Source: an archaeon (GTDB taxonomy: Archaea > B1Sed10-29 > WALL01). From it: a DNA stretch of 61,128 nucleotides. Positions 28,562 through 37,500 of this stretch are shown here, in pieces. The notes below the pieces were generated by a model that worked only from the letters and a program-made list of their open reading frames with translations, was not told the origin of the DNA and did not search any database. The stretch covers positions 1 to 61,128 of the forward strand of contig JBHOSQ010000007.1 in assembly GCA_042584585.1 (NCBI GenBank), read 5' to 3'. The first letter of the stretch is position 1. Each line of letters begins with the position of its first letter. The position numbers were made by a program, and so were the translations under genes.

Positions 28562-28791
28562 CCCATGCACTCCGGCCACGGCTTGTTTTTGACTGCCCCG
28601 CGGAACTGGTAGAGCACGCAGCGGTCCAGCTTTCCGCCCATTTTTCTCTTCAGCTTTTCGTAGAGCTTTTCGGGATTGGTTTTCTTTAGCTGCGCGGGAG
28701 TGCGGATGCCCATTGAGTAAAGCCTTTCCGCGGTAACCGGGCCGATGTTGATGGCCGTCTGCAAGGCCTTAAGGGATTCTTTTTTCGTCAC
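28558..28791 (-). CDS. Helix-hairpin-helix protein (Cdd1/TfoX_C-like)
   Basis: NIGPVTAERLYSMGIRTPAQL...PEKLY...DRCVLYQFRGAV. Confidence 0.75.
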   Translation of the reverse strand: MTKKESLKALQTAINIGPVTAERLYSMGIRTPAQLKKTNPEKLYEKLKRKMGGKLDRCVLYQFRGAVKNKPWPECMG

Positions 28792-29525
28792 GCGCCGGCC
28801 ACCCATTTTATCGCGAGCATGAACGCGAGCCCGGCGAGGAACAAGGCAAAGTGCTTCACGGCCTTCTGGTCGTCTTTTTCCTTGTGCAGCTCTGGGACCA
28901 GGTCAGAGGTCGCGATGTAGATGAACCCACCCGCGGCGAAAGGGAGTAGGGGCGCGGGGTCGAACGACGCGGCGAGGAAGAACCCCACGAGGCCACCGAC
29001 GACGCACGCGAGCTGCGACAGGAAGTTGTAGAGCAGCGCCTTGTTTTTGTCCATTCCGCCGTAGACGAGGATGCCGAAGTCTCCTAGTTCCTGAGGGATT
29101 TCGTGCGCGATAATCATGAGTGTGGTTATCAGCCCGAAGGGGATTGACACGAGGAAGCTTGCGGCAATCACGAGGCCGTCGATGAAGTTGTGGATTCCGT
29201 CGCCGAACAGTATCAGGTACGAGACGGGGTGGACTTTGCAGCCGTGCTCGTGGCAGTGGTGCCAGTGCAGGTAGCGCTCCATGATGAAGAACACGCAGAA
29301 GCCCGCGATGACGAGGAGGAAGGCCGTGTCGACGGCAATGGCGTCGAGCGATTCAGCAATCAAGTGGAAGAACGCGCCGCCGAGGAGCGCGCCGGCCGAG
29401 AACGCGACTAGGAACATAAGGAGTTTTTTGAGTGTTTTTGGCTTTAGGCCGAGCGTGAACGCGCCGGCGAACGCGACTAGGCCGTTCACGAGCGTGGCGA
29501 GCAATATCCAGTATAAAACTTCCAT
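28788..29525 (-). CDS. ZIP family zinc transporter
   Basis: HWHHCHEH loop, GDGIHNFIDG, HEIPQELGDFG, GGFIYIATSDLVPE. Confidence 0.93.
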   Translation of the reverse strand: MEVLYWILLATLVNGLVAFAGAFTLGLKPKTLKKLLMFLVAFSAGALLGGAFFHLIAESLDAIAVDTAFLLVIAGFCVFFIMERYLHWHHCHEHGCKVHPVSYLILFGDGIHNFIDGLVIAASFLVSIPFGLITTLMIIAHEIPQELGDFGILVYGGMDKNKALLYNFLSQLACVVGGLVGFFLAASFDPAPLLPFAAGGFIYIATSDLVPELHKEKDDQKAVKHFALFLAGLAFMLAIKWVAGA

Positions 29526-29567
29526 GGGTGTTGTTAGCCAGTGGGGCTATATATTTGCATCAGGCAC

Positions 29568-29849
29568 CTAGCATTTCCCCTCAATCCGAATGGCTTTCCC
29601 GTTCACCATGGCGTCCGCGACTTTTTCGCGCGCGGAGCCGATGATACGGTTGAAAGTGGGCTGAGAGACGCCCATTTTGGATGCGCACTCCGACTGCGGG
29701 AGCCCTTTTGCGTCCGCGAGGCGCAGCGCCTCGAATTCCTCGAGCTCCAGCGCCACTTCTTCCAGCGAAATGAGGGGGACCCCGCGCGGCTTGAAATACA
29801 CCGCGCCGGGCTCCCCGTGAATCATCCTGTGCTTCCTCGGCCTTGACAT
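29568..29849 (-). CDS. DUF134 (UPF0251) HTH protein
   Basis: MSRPRKHR, FKPRGVP, EEFEALRLAD, MGVSQPTF, GKAIRIEG. Confidence 0.92.
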   Translation of the reverse strand: MSRPRKHRMIHGEPGAVYFKPRGVPLISLEEVALELEEFEALRLADAKGLPQSECASKMGVSQPTFNRIIGSAREKVADAMVNGKAIRIEGKC

Positions 29850-30038
29850 TTACTTCAGCTCCTTGAGGCGCGCGTCGATGGCTGCCTTCTGCTTCTCGAG
29901 CATTTCGGCCTCTTCTTCATTGGACAGGGTGGCTGCCGGCCAGCACAGCGGGCCGAACTGCCTGCGTGCGCAGCGGCCACGACCGCGGCCGGTAATTTGT
30001 CCCCTGCCGAAGGGGCCAGTTCCGTCTTCGTATGGCAT
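29850..30038 (-). CDS. DUF5320 family protein
   Basis: MPYEDGTGPFGRGQITGRGRGRC and C-terminal coiled coil; SD GGAGGTGA. Confidence 0.85.
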   Translation of the reverse strand: MPYEDGTGPFGRGQITGRGRGRCARRQFGPLCWPAATLSNEEEAEMLEKQKAAIDARLKELK

Positions 30039-30055
30039 TTTTACATCACCTCCAT

Positions 30056-30130
30056 TTAAATTATTATCCATTACTAGTTATGGATTATTATTCATTCACC
30101 CCTATATAAGACTTTCGGATTATTATTCAT
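30056..30130 (-). promoter_or_regulatory. Promoter of DUF5320-DUF134 operon with three 16-bp pseudo-palindromic boxes around a TATA box
   Basis: TTAAATTATTATCCAT (30056-71), ATGGATTATTATTCAT (30080-95), TCGGATTATTATTCAT (30115-30); TATA (minus CTTATATAGG) at 30101-30110. Confidence 0.65.
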
Positions 30131-30203
30131 AAAAGCCTTTAAAATTCCACGAAACTGCCGTTTGTCTGGTGCTTATAAATATAGTTGTGCAGTAATTATT
30201 GGC

Positions 30204-31739
30204 ATGGTGGGGAAGAAGCCCAAGGCAAAGCCAAAGGCAGTTGAGATTCCGGAAGTGGCGCCCATGGGCAAGGCACCTGTGGACCACGTGCTTGCGAAGG
30301 CGTTCATGGAAGTAAATGCCCAGCTGGACTTGGCGCTACCAAACGTGCACCGGAGGGTCTTGCTTAACATCAAGAGTCCCAAGACGGCGGGCGACACAGA
30401 GCTTAGGGGGATTGGCTACGTAGATGTTCCGAAGATTTCCAAGAACATTTTGACGCAGAAGGGGGGGAAGGACATATTGACCCAAAGCGTTGAGGCCGAT
30501 GGCTTGTTGACGGCGTCGCCGACCTTGAGGAAAAGGATTTATGCGGCGCAGAGGCTTGAGCCGAAAGACGTGGAAGAAATCATGAAGCAGGTCAACGTGG
30601 CGGTTATGCGGCAGCACAAGGAGGCCGGGCTGGACGACAGGGTGCTGAACGGGGAGTGGACCGACCATTACATTCGCATGGACTTGAGCGAGTCCAACAT
30701 CATTGGGTTTGTGCACGCGCTGCACGCGGGTGGCCTCAACGACAACAAGGGAATCGACGCGGGACAGCAAACGATTCTGTTCGACAACATTAACTCGCCT
30801 GGCGGTGGATTGATTACGCCGGAGGACGTGCTGCTCGAGAACGAAATGCTCAAGGAGTTCGTGAACGGCCACGTGGAGCAGGGGAGCTACAAAATTGTTT
30901 CCGAGGACCGGCTGCAGCAAGTGTTCGGCGGGCTGATGAAATTGGCCAAGAAGAAGCGCAAGGGAGGGTGCGCGGACTTCGACGCATTGCTTTACATCGC
31001 GAAGCTTGGGGGGAAGGACGAGTTCGCGGAAAAGTTTGCGGAAAAGCACGGCGTCGGAAAAGAAAAGGTGTTGAAGGTGCTTGCGGGGCTGCCTGACTTT
31101 GAGGCCACGCACGCGTTTGTTTCGCTGCCGGCTGAGGAAAGGCTTGGCGGCAAAATAATCGACTCCAAAATCCAGCAGCACGCGACGCGTGAGACGCTCA
31201 AGGAGTATGGCATGAGGCACCTGATTGACAAGATGTCGCTTCACTTGTATGATTTGCCGAGCTACAGGGGCGTCCACTCGAGGCACTTCGAGGTGATGCT
31301 TAGCCCCACGGACCATTCCACGGACGATGTGGCGGACGCAAAGATACAGATTCTCACGAAGGGGAAGCGGGGGTTGAGGGACGTTAAGCGCCTGGAGAAG
31401 GACGCGGAAAGGGCAGGCAAGCGGGTGAAGAAGCAGCCGTTGACTGCGGACGAGTCTTTTGAGTTGCACAGGTTTGTGCGGCTTGCGGAGGCGTATCCCC
31501 GGGTCTTGAACAAGGCGAGGGAAAAGATTGACGTGAAGGTGCTGCCGCAGTACATGGACGAGCTCATGGAGGCGCATGAGTTCGCGAAGGCCGAGCTGGG
31601 CGACGAGGGCATGAAGGACACTCGGTACAGGACTGCGGTGAAGCTCGCGAACGGCATTGTCAAGGACATTTTGAATTGGGCGAACGTAAGGGTTTCGCCG
31701 GGAAAGGCTCCGAACGGATTGGTGCCGAAGCGGGAATAA
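30204..31739 (+). CDS. Hypothetical protein, possible degenerate RelA/SpoT-like nucleotidyltransferase fold
   Basis: 511-aa ORF with its own TATA; motifs IKSPKT, LPDFEATH, PSYRGVH, AKIQILT in RelA_SpoT order. Confidence 0.55.
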   Translation: MVGKKPKAKPKAVEIPEVAPMGKAPVDHVLAKAFMEVNAQLDLALPNVHRRVLLNIKSPKTAGDTELRGIGYVDVPKISKNILTQKGGKDILTQSVEADGLLTASPTLRKRIYAAQRLEPKDVEEIMKQVNVAVMRQHKEAGLDDRVLNGEWTDHYIRMDLSESNIIGFVHALHAGGLNDNKGIDAGQQTILFDNINSPGGGLITPEDVLLENEMLKEFVNGHVEQGSYKIVSEDRLQQVFGGLMKLAKKKRKGGCADFDALLYIAKLGGKDEFAEKFAEKHGVGKEKVLKVLAGLPDFEATHAFVSLPAEERLGGKIIDSKIQQHATRETLKEYGMRHLIDKMSLHLYDLPSYRGVHSRHFEVMLSPTDHSTDDVADAKIQILTKGKRGLRDVKRLEKDAERAGKRVKKQPLTADESFELHRFVRLAEAYPRVLNKAREKIDVKVLPQYMDELMEAHEFAKAELGDEGMKDTRYRTAVKLANGIVKDILNWANVRVSPGKAPNGLVPKRE

Positions 31740-31779
31740 AGGGCTACGATTTATTAAGCGAGCTTACCCTAATTGTTTT

Positions 31780-32634
31780 ATGGCCGACCTAAACAAAATC
31801 AAGGCTGAAATCTCTGTTATTCGGGATGCGTGGGAGGCTTACAAGACCAAGCCATCCACCAAAGCCGCCAAAGACGCGGTGGATTTGGCCATGCAAACAC
31901 ACAAAAATCTCAAGAAAATATTGGACTACAGCTCAAAGGACCTTGATTACGACGAGGGGCACTTGATACATAAGGCCAAAAACTCTGCCCAGTATTTGGC
32001 GTACGGGCTCAGCATCTTTGTGGACGGGATTGGCAATGAAGAAGACTACGAGCTTATCGACAATCACTTTGGCTTTATCGACAGCATGTTCGAGCGTATG
32101 GGGGAAGAATTCAATCCCGTGGAAAACGACTTGCACGAATTGATTAAGGGTGTAGTGGCCGACAAGAACGACAACATAAAGATAACACTTAATCTGGACG
32201 AGCTGCCGCAGAAGGCACAATTTGACCGAAAGATGATTACGGACGCGGTTGAAGAGTTAGTGGACAACGCGATGAAGAACCTAAAGGAAAGCAAGACAAA
32301 AAATCCTGAGATAACTATTGGCTGCTGGGAGAAAGGGGGCTACGTCAGCGTGCAAATTCAGGACAACGGAACCGGGCTTCCCGAGGAGATCAAGGACAAG
32401 CTCTTCAAAGAAAAAGTCACTGGAAGGAAAGAGGCTGGCGGCACTGGGGTTGGCCTGGGTTTGGTAAAGAAAGCAATTGAGATGCATCACCATGTTGGGA
32501 CGGACGTACTGAAGGACGGGCACTTGTCAATCAAAAACGCTGGAGAACATTTTGAGGGAATGCCGGGGACTATTGCTCACTTCCGGATACCCAAAAAGTA
32601 CACTCACGTTAAACCCAAGGGCGCTAAGCCCTGA
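31780..32634 (+). CDS. Cytoplasmic histidine kinase-like protein (HATPase_c), no sensor or TM domain
   Basis: H-box-like LIHKAKNS; N box EELVDNAMKN; G1 QDNGTG; G2 GGTGVGLGLV. Confidence 0.85.
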   Translation: MADLNKIKAEISVIRDAWEAYKTKPSTKAAKDAVDLAMQTHKNLKKILDYSSKDLDYDEGHLIHKAKNSAQYLAYGLSIFVDGIGNEEDYELIDNHFGFIDSMFERMGEEFNPVENDLHELIKGVVADKNDNIKITLNLDELPQKAQFDRKMITDAVEELVDNAMKNLKESKTKNPEITIGCWEKGGYVSVQIQDNGTGLPEEIKDKLFKEKVTGRKEAGGTGVGLGLVKKAIEMHHHVGTDVLKDGHLSIKNAGEHFEGMPGTIAHFRIPKKYTHVKPKGAKP

Positions 32635-32668
32635 AACACTTATATACTCCTTTTGAATAGCCATTTGT

Positions 32669-34030
32669 ATGGGTAAAGGGGTTGCGGGAATCCTTGCGGT
32701 AGTATTGCTTATAGCCATTATTTTTCTCGCGTCAGTGACATTGTTCTACTGGCTCGCCGGCCAAATCACTACCCAGCCAGTCTCAAACACGCCAATGCCC
32801 ATTGTGGGAAACGTGCTGTCCGCCAGCGCGGGATACATCGAGGTCGCGATAGCCAACCTGGGCAGCCAGCCCCTGCCACAAGGAAACAGCTTCGTAGTCG
32901 CCGAAAACATGGCCGAGACCGTGATAACACAAAAAATCAAGCCCGGCGAACAAAGAGTGTTTTGGTTCTGGGGCAGGTACGACAAAAACGATGGGTACAT
33001 GGGGTTCGACGACCGAGCCACTATTTACGACCCCGAGGCCGGGACCTCCGCGCCCACGCTCGGGATTCCAGCCGTCGAGACAAGAGAAGTCACTGCGTAC
33101 GAAGTGTTTTCGACCGAGGGGTTCGAGCCCAGCATGAGCGTCACCGAAGACAACAGCGGCGTGCTGTGGCTCGTGTTCACTTCCAACGAGTCCATCGGCA
33201 GCCACGACATCTGGATAATGAACTCGACTGACAACGGCGGGAACTGGAACAATCCATACGCAATCGCGGTACAGGGAGTCATGGAACAGGAGGACTCGCC
33301 GCAAATCGCTTACAACGGGACTTACTACGTGCTTTACAGGTCGTGGTACGGCGACAACAACATGACCCTCACTTATTCCACCAGCGCGGAAGAAGGAACG
33401 TGGTCCACACCAGAAAAGTCAAACATTCCCGTGACGGATGTCGACCCCAACGAATACGGGTACAGCCCCACGAACAAGCGGGGCTTCGCGTTCATACTTG
33501 ACGACAACAACTTGTTCTGGGCCTCATACATCGATGGCACGGACGTTGTGGTGCGAAACTCGACAGACGCATTGGGCTGGAACACGGAAATCGTGGTAAA
33601 CGACTCGGCAAGCCCCGGAAAAGTCTCAATGATGCAGGACCGCAACGGAAAGTATTGGGTAGCATACGTCGGCGCGGACAACACCACGATTGAAGTCGCT
33701 TCCTCTGATGACGCAAATACGTGGGGCCAGCCCGCGGTGGTCAGCGACGAGGACTACAGCCACGCGTGCACGGGCCCGGCACTGATGCAGGACAACCACG
33801 ACAGCTACTTCCTGTTCGCGGACAACAGTGGCTGCACCGAAATATTCGTCAAGGCGTCGAGGGACGGCGTGCTGTGGAGCCGCGCGTCGTGGCTCCCGAA
33901 CGCGACGATGAGCGACAGGCACCCGTCTGTGATGCAGGCGTCCGACGAGAGCTATTTGATGGCGTTCGCCGACGCGGACAGCATTCACGTAAGAACAAGC
34001 AGCGACCCAATGATTTGGGTTGAGCGCTAG
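32669..34030 (+). CDS. Archaeal pilin-like (class III signal) protein with sialidase-like Asp-box beta-propeller
   Basis: MGKG/VAGILAVVLLIAI; Asp boxes STDNGGNW, SSDDANTW, SRDGVLW. Confidence 0.75.
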   Translation: MGKGVAGILAVVLLIAIIFLASVTLFYWLAGQITTQPVSNTPMPIVGNVLSASAGYIEVAIANLGSQPLPQGNSFVVAENMAETVITQKIKPGEQRVFWFWGRYDKNDGYMGFDDRATIYDPEAGTSAPTLGIPAVETREVTAYEVFSTEGFEPSMSVTEDNSGVLWLVFTSNESIGSHDIWIMNSTDNGGNWNNPYAIAVQGVMEQEDSPQIAYNGTYYVLYRSWYGDNNMTLTYSTSAEEGTWSTPEKSNIPVTDVDPNEYGYSPTNKRGFAFILDDNNLFWASYIDGTDVVVRNSTDALGWNTEIVVNDSASPGKVSMMQDRNGKYWVAYVGADNTTIEVASSDDANTWGQPAVVSDEDYSHACTGPALMQDNHDSYFLFADNSGCTEIFVKASRDGVLWSRASWLPNATMSDRHPSVMQASDESYLMAFADADSIHVRTSSDPMIWVER

Positions 34031-34758
34031 ACGCCGAGCAGGAAAGAAAGGGTTGAGTAAGCGACTATTCCAAACAACAGCCCCAGCGAAGCGAACTGCA
34101 TTCCGCCATGCTTTTTGGCGAGGGGAATGAGCTCGTCAAGTGCCACGAACACCATTGCGCCCGCGGCGAAGGCAAGCATCAATGGGTTCAGCCCGGGGAT
34201 TGCAGCGAAGAACGCGAGGCCCAACAGGGCCCCCGCGGGCTCGGCGAGTGCGGAGAGCGCGGCAAGCTTGAAGAGCTCTTTTTTCTTGTGTGCTATGATG
34301 AGTGGCACCCCCAAGGCGAATTCCTCGGGAATGTTGTGCAGTGCTATTCCAATGGCGATTGCGATTCCTGCCGCCGGGTTCACCATGAACGCAACGGCCA
34401 TGGCGAATCCCTCCGGGAAATCATGTATAATCAAGCCGAGGGCGACCATGTAACTGGTCTTGAGGCACTCGTCTTCCTTGCACGACTCCTTGATGAAGTG
34501 CATGTGGGGGTACAGGAAGTCGAAGGACCACACGATGAGGAACCCAATCGAGAAAACGGACAGGGTCAAGAGCTCGTGGACCTGTGCGTTCACCATGGGC
34601 ATGATTTCAAAGAAGCTGATTGCCATCATCACGCCGCTGGAGAACCCAATGCCAATGGCCGCGAGCCTCTTTAGGTTTGTAAACACTTTGGCGAGCCACA
34701 CGCCAATGAACGTGGTCAAGCCGGACAAAAACGCGATTATTAGGACTTCGAGCATCAT
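34027..34758 (-). CDS. ZIP family (ZupT/GufA) transporter
   Basis: HDFPEG, ALHNIPEE, LAEPAGA, AGAMVFVALDELIP. Confidence 0.92.
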   Translation of the reverse strand: MMLEVLIIAFLSGLTTFIGVWLAKVFTNLKRLAAIGIGFSSGVMMAISFFEIMPMVNAQVHELLTLSVFSIGFLIVWSFDFLYPHMHFIKESCKEDECLKTSYMVALGLIIHDFPEGFAMAVAFMVNPAAGIAIAIGIALHNIPEEFALGVPLIIAHKKKELFKLAALSALAEPAGALLGLAFFAAIPGLNPLMLAFAAGAMVFVALDELIPLAKKHGGMQFASLGLLFGIVAYSTLSFLLGV

Positions 34759-34759
34759 G

Positions 34760-34999
34760 CTACTCTTCCCATTTCAACTTGTGCTTGTGCTTTCCAACGA
34801 TGCTGAACGCCTCGTCCATTTGGGAGGTCTGGTCGCCCTTGATTTTCTTGTGGACTTTTTTGAGTGCTTGGGCGGGCAGCTTTGTCAAGGGCTTTTCCTC
34901 TGGCTTGGACCCTTCCTCTTTCTCTTCGTCTTTTTTCTTTTTCTTTTTCTTGCCGCCGGCAAAGAGGCGCCGCATCATGAACAAGCCGCGCATAGCCAT
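34760..34999 (-). CDS. Small highly charged hypothetical protein
   Basis: 79-aa ORF tightly packed between same-strand genes; poly-Lys run. Confidence 0.5.
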   Translation of the reverse strand: MAMRGLFMMRRLFAGGKKKKKKKDEEKEEGSKPEEKPLTKLPAQALKKVHKKIKGDQTSQMDEAFSIVGKHKHKLKWEE

Positions 35000-35003
35000 G
35001 TGA

Positions 35004-35951
35004 TCACAACCGCGCCGACAATTCTTTGATCATGTCCTTGGTCATCGAGGTGATGTCGTAGTCCGGCTTCCAGCCCCACTCTTCACGAGCGGCAGAGTCG
35101 TCGATGGACTTTGGCCACGACTCGGCGATTGCCTGGCGGAAGTCCGGCTCGTACGTTACCTTGAACTCAGGCAATTCCTTCTGGATTTCCGCGGCGAGTT
35201 CCGCGGGCGAGAAGCTCATGGCCGCGAGGTTGAAGTCCGCGTGGTGACTCAAGGCGTTTATGTCAGCGTCCGCCAAGTCGATGATTGCCTTGAGCGCGTC
35301 GGGCATGTACATCATGGGGAGCGTCGCGTCTTCCTTGAGGAAGCACTTGTAGGGCTCGCCCTTCACGGCGTGGTAAAAAATGTCGACCGCGTAGTCAGTC
35401 GTGCCGCCGCCGGGCTCCGTCCCGCTGCTGATGATACCGGGGTAGCGCACGCTTCGTGAGTCGACGCCGAACTTTTGGAAGTAGTAGTTGCCCATCAATT
35501 CACCATGAACCTTGGAAATGCCGTACATGGTGGTTGGCTTCAAAACGGTCTCGTTGGGAGTGTTGTCCCTCGGTGTCTCCGGGCCGAACACGGCGATGGA
35601 GCTGGGGTACATTATTCTCTCCAATTGTTTTTCGCGGGCGATTTCGAGAATGTTGTAAAGGCTTTGGTTGTTCACGAAGTACGCGAGTTGCGGCTTTTGT
35701 TCGCCGACTGCCGAGAGGAGGGAGGCAAGGTGATAAATCGTGTCGATTCCGTGCTCGTCGACAACGGCCTCGATTTGTTCTTTGTTGGTGGTGTCGATTG
35801 TGACGAACGGTCCCGCGTTCTTCAATTCTTCGGTTGGCGCTTTGCGGTGGCCGGCGGCCACAACGTTGTCGTTGCCGTATTTTTCCCTCAAGCGGGGGAC
35901 TAGTTCGGACCCGATTTGCCCAACTGCTCCAGTAACCAGTATTTTTTTCAT
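35004..35951 (-). CDS. L-threonine 3-dehydrogenase (extended SDR / epimerase family)
   Basis: ILVTGAVGQIG, LLSAVGE, PSSIAVFG, YGISK, PGGGTTDY, PMMYMPD. Confidence 0.88.
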   Translation of the reverse strand: MKKILVTGAVGQIGSELVPRLREKYGNDNVVAAGHRKAPTEELKNAGPFVTIDTTNKEQIEAVVDEHGIDTIYHLASLLSAVGEQKPQLAYFVNNQSLYNILEIAREKQLERIMYPSSIAVFGPETPRDNTPNETVLKPTTMYGISKVHGELMGNYYFQKFGVDSRSVRYPGIISSGTEPGGGTTDYAVDIFYHAVKGEPYKCFLKEDATLPMMYMPDALKAIIDLADADINALSHHADFNLAAMSFSPAELAAEIQKELPEFKVTYEPDFRQAIAESWPKSIDDSAAREEWGWKPDYDITSMTKDMIKELSARL

Positions 35952-35986
35952 GGGAAACACCCTGCGACTATTGATGCCGACGTTAT

Positions 35987-36676
35987 TTAAAGCTTTTTCC
36001 GCAATCTTTTTTGCACTTTTTCGCCTGTTAGTTCACGGAGCGCGTCCGCGGCAATCCACCGCGCGGAACGAGAGTCTATTTTCTTTATGTCTTTGGCCGC
36101 GCGAATCGCTTTTTTGTTGAGCGCGAGGTTTCTTTTGCCGATTTGGCGGAGCGCCCAGTTGACCGCTTTTTTTACGTAGTTTCTTTCGTCCGTGGAGTAG
36201 CGCTTGATGATTGGAAAGAATTGCTCGAGCTTTTTGTCGCTGGCTGCCTTGTCGTGGACTGCGAGTGCCGCCATCATCGCGAAGCCCGCCCGGCGCACGA
36301 ACTCTTCGTCGCGCCTCGCCCACTCACGGGCTTTTTTGTAGGCGAACGGGGTCTTGTCGAACAAGTAGCCGCAGCAGACGTCACAAATGTCCCACGAATC
36401 GAAGCCCTTGACCCAGCGCTCCATCTGGGCCTCAGTGACTTTGGCTGGGTCCTCGATGTGGCACGCGAGAATGCGTGCCTCGCGGTTCTTGGTCTTCCAA
36501 AGCCCGGCGGCGAGCTTTCGGTCCGTGCCTAGTTCCTTGGCCATGCGCTTGATTTCGTAGACACTAACGCAGAATGCTTTGTCGACGTTAATTCCGTAGC
36601 GCGCCATTCCCTCGCGGCACTTCTTGTCGCCGCTCTTGGACTTCAGCTGCTTGAGGACCTGCGCAGCAGTGGGCAT
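35987..36676 (-). CDS. DNA alkylation repair protein (AlkD-like HEAT repeat)
   Basis: FDSWDICD, EEFVRRAG, DERNYVKKAVNWALRQIGK. Confidence 0.9.
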   Translation of the reverse strand: MPTAAQVLKQLKSKSGDKKCREGMARYGINVDKAFCVSVYEIKRMAKELGTDRKLAAGLWKTKNREARILACHIEDPAKVTEAQMERWVKGFDSWDICDVCCGYLFDKTPFAYKKAREWARRDEEFVRRAGFAMMAALAVHDKAASDKKLEQFFPIIKRYSTDERNYVKKAVNWALRQIGKRNLALNKKAIRAAKDIKKIDSRSARWIAADALRELTGEKVQKRLRKKL

Positions 36677-36682
36677 GGGGCT

Positions 36683-36961
36683 CTAGAACCTCATAAGCAT
36701 GAAGCCAACCACTATGATGGCGTAGTTCCACCACGGGAGCTGCGGGAGCAATCCCATTGTCGACAGCGCGAGGAGTATGCCAATGATGAACAATAGTCTG
36801 CCGAATCCCCCGCCTTCTTCGCGGAGTACTGTGTGCTCTTTCCACCAGGGCTCACAGCACTTGCCCTTGAAGTCCTTGCCCTTGAACTCTTTCTCGATTT
36901 TTCGGCCGATTGACTCGCCGATTTCGTCCCAAGTCTGTTCTTTTTTCTTTTTGGTAACCAT
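36683..36961 (-). CDS. Small membrane protein (LiaF/DUF5668-like C-terminus)
   Basis: Charged N-terminus; C-terminal GRLLFIIGILLAL...WW..IIVVG. Confidence 0.6.
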   Translation of the reverse strand: MVTKKKKEQTWDEIGESIGRKIEKEFKGKDFKGKCCEPWWKEHTVLREEGGGFGRLLFIIGILLALSTMGLLPQLPWWNYAIIVVGFMLMRF

Positions 36962-36966
36962 ATTAC

Positions 36967-37458
36967 TCACTTCGTTTTCGACATCTTGCGGAGCATGCCC
37001 TTGATTTCTTCGAGGTCTGTCTGCATGTCCGCGATTTCGTGCTCTGCCTTCTTGTTGATTAAGTGGTCGCGCTCTTCTTTCTTGCGGTCGCGTGCCGCGG
37101 AGCGGTTCTGGCTCATGAGGATTACCGGCGCTTGGATGGCCGCGAGGCAGGAAAGGGTTAGGTTAAGCAGGATGAATGGGTACGGGTCGAACGCGTCGCC
37201 GACGCTGGCGAGCCAAATGTTCAAGCCGAGCCAAACCACTAAATAGAAAAAGAAGAGCATGATGAAGCTCCAGCTGCCACCGACTTCCGCGACGAGGTCC
37301 GCGACTTTTTCGCCTTTCGTGCGCTTGTGAAGTGAGTGGTACTCCGTGACGTAGACTTTTTTGTGTGACGCGTCGACCTCAATCTTGGTTTTTGCCGTTG
37401 GGTCGTGGGGGGTGACGTCCATCACTTTTGTCTTCACGGGAGGCTGGGGGCTTGCCAT
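36967..37458 (-). CDS. DUF1003 membrane protein
   Basis: GGSWSFI, FDPYPFILLNL, QAPVILMSQNR. Confidence 0.92.
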   Translation of the reverse strand: MASPQPPVKTKVMDVTPHDPTAKTKIEVDASHKKVYVTEYHSLHKRTKGEKVADLVAEVGGSWSFIMLFFFYLVVWLGLNIWLASVGDAFDPYPFILLNLTLSCLAAIQAPVILMSQNRSAARDRKKEERDHLINKKAEHEIADMQTDLEEIKGMLRKMSKTK

Positions 37459-37500
37459 GAGCTAAAGACGGCTGCACAGAATAAAAAGATTCCGGCGGAA

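Noticed and set aside
30336-31577. Long antisense ORF (413 aa), and similar ones at 5809-6810, 41296-42267 and 50197-51399
   Set aside because: Shadows of well-supported genes on the opposite strand, expected with high GC3; no motifs.
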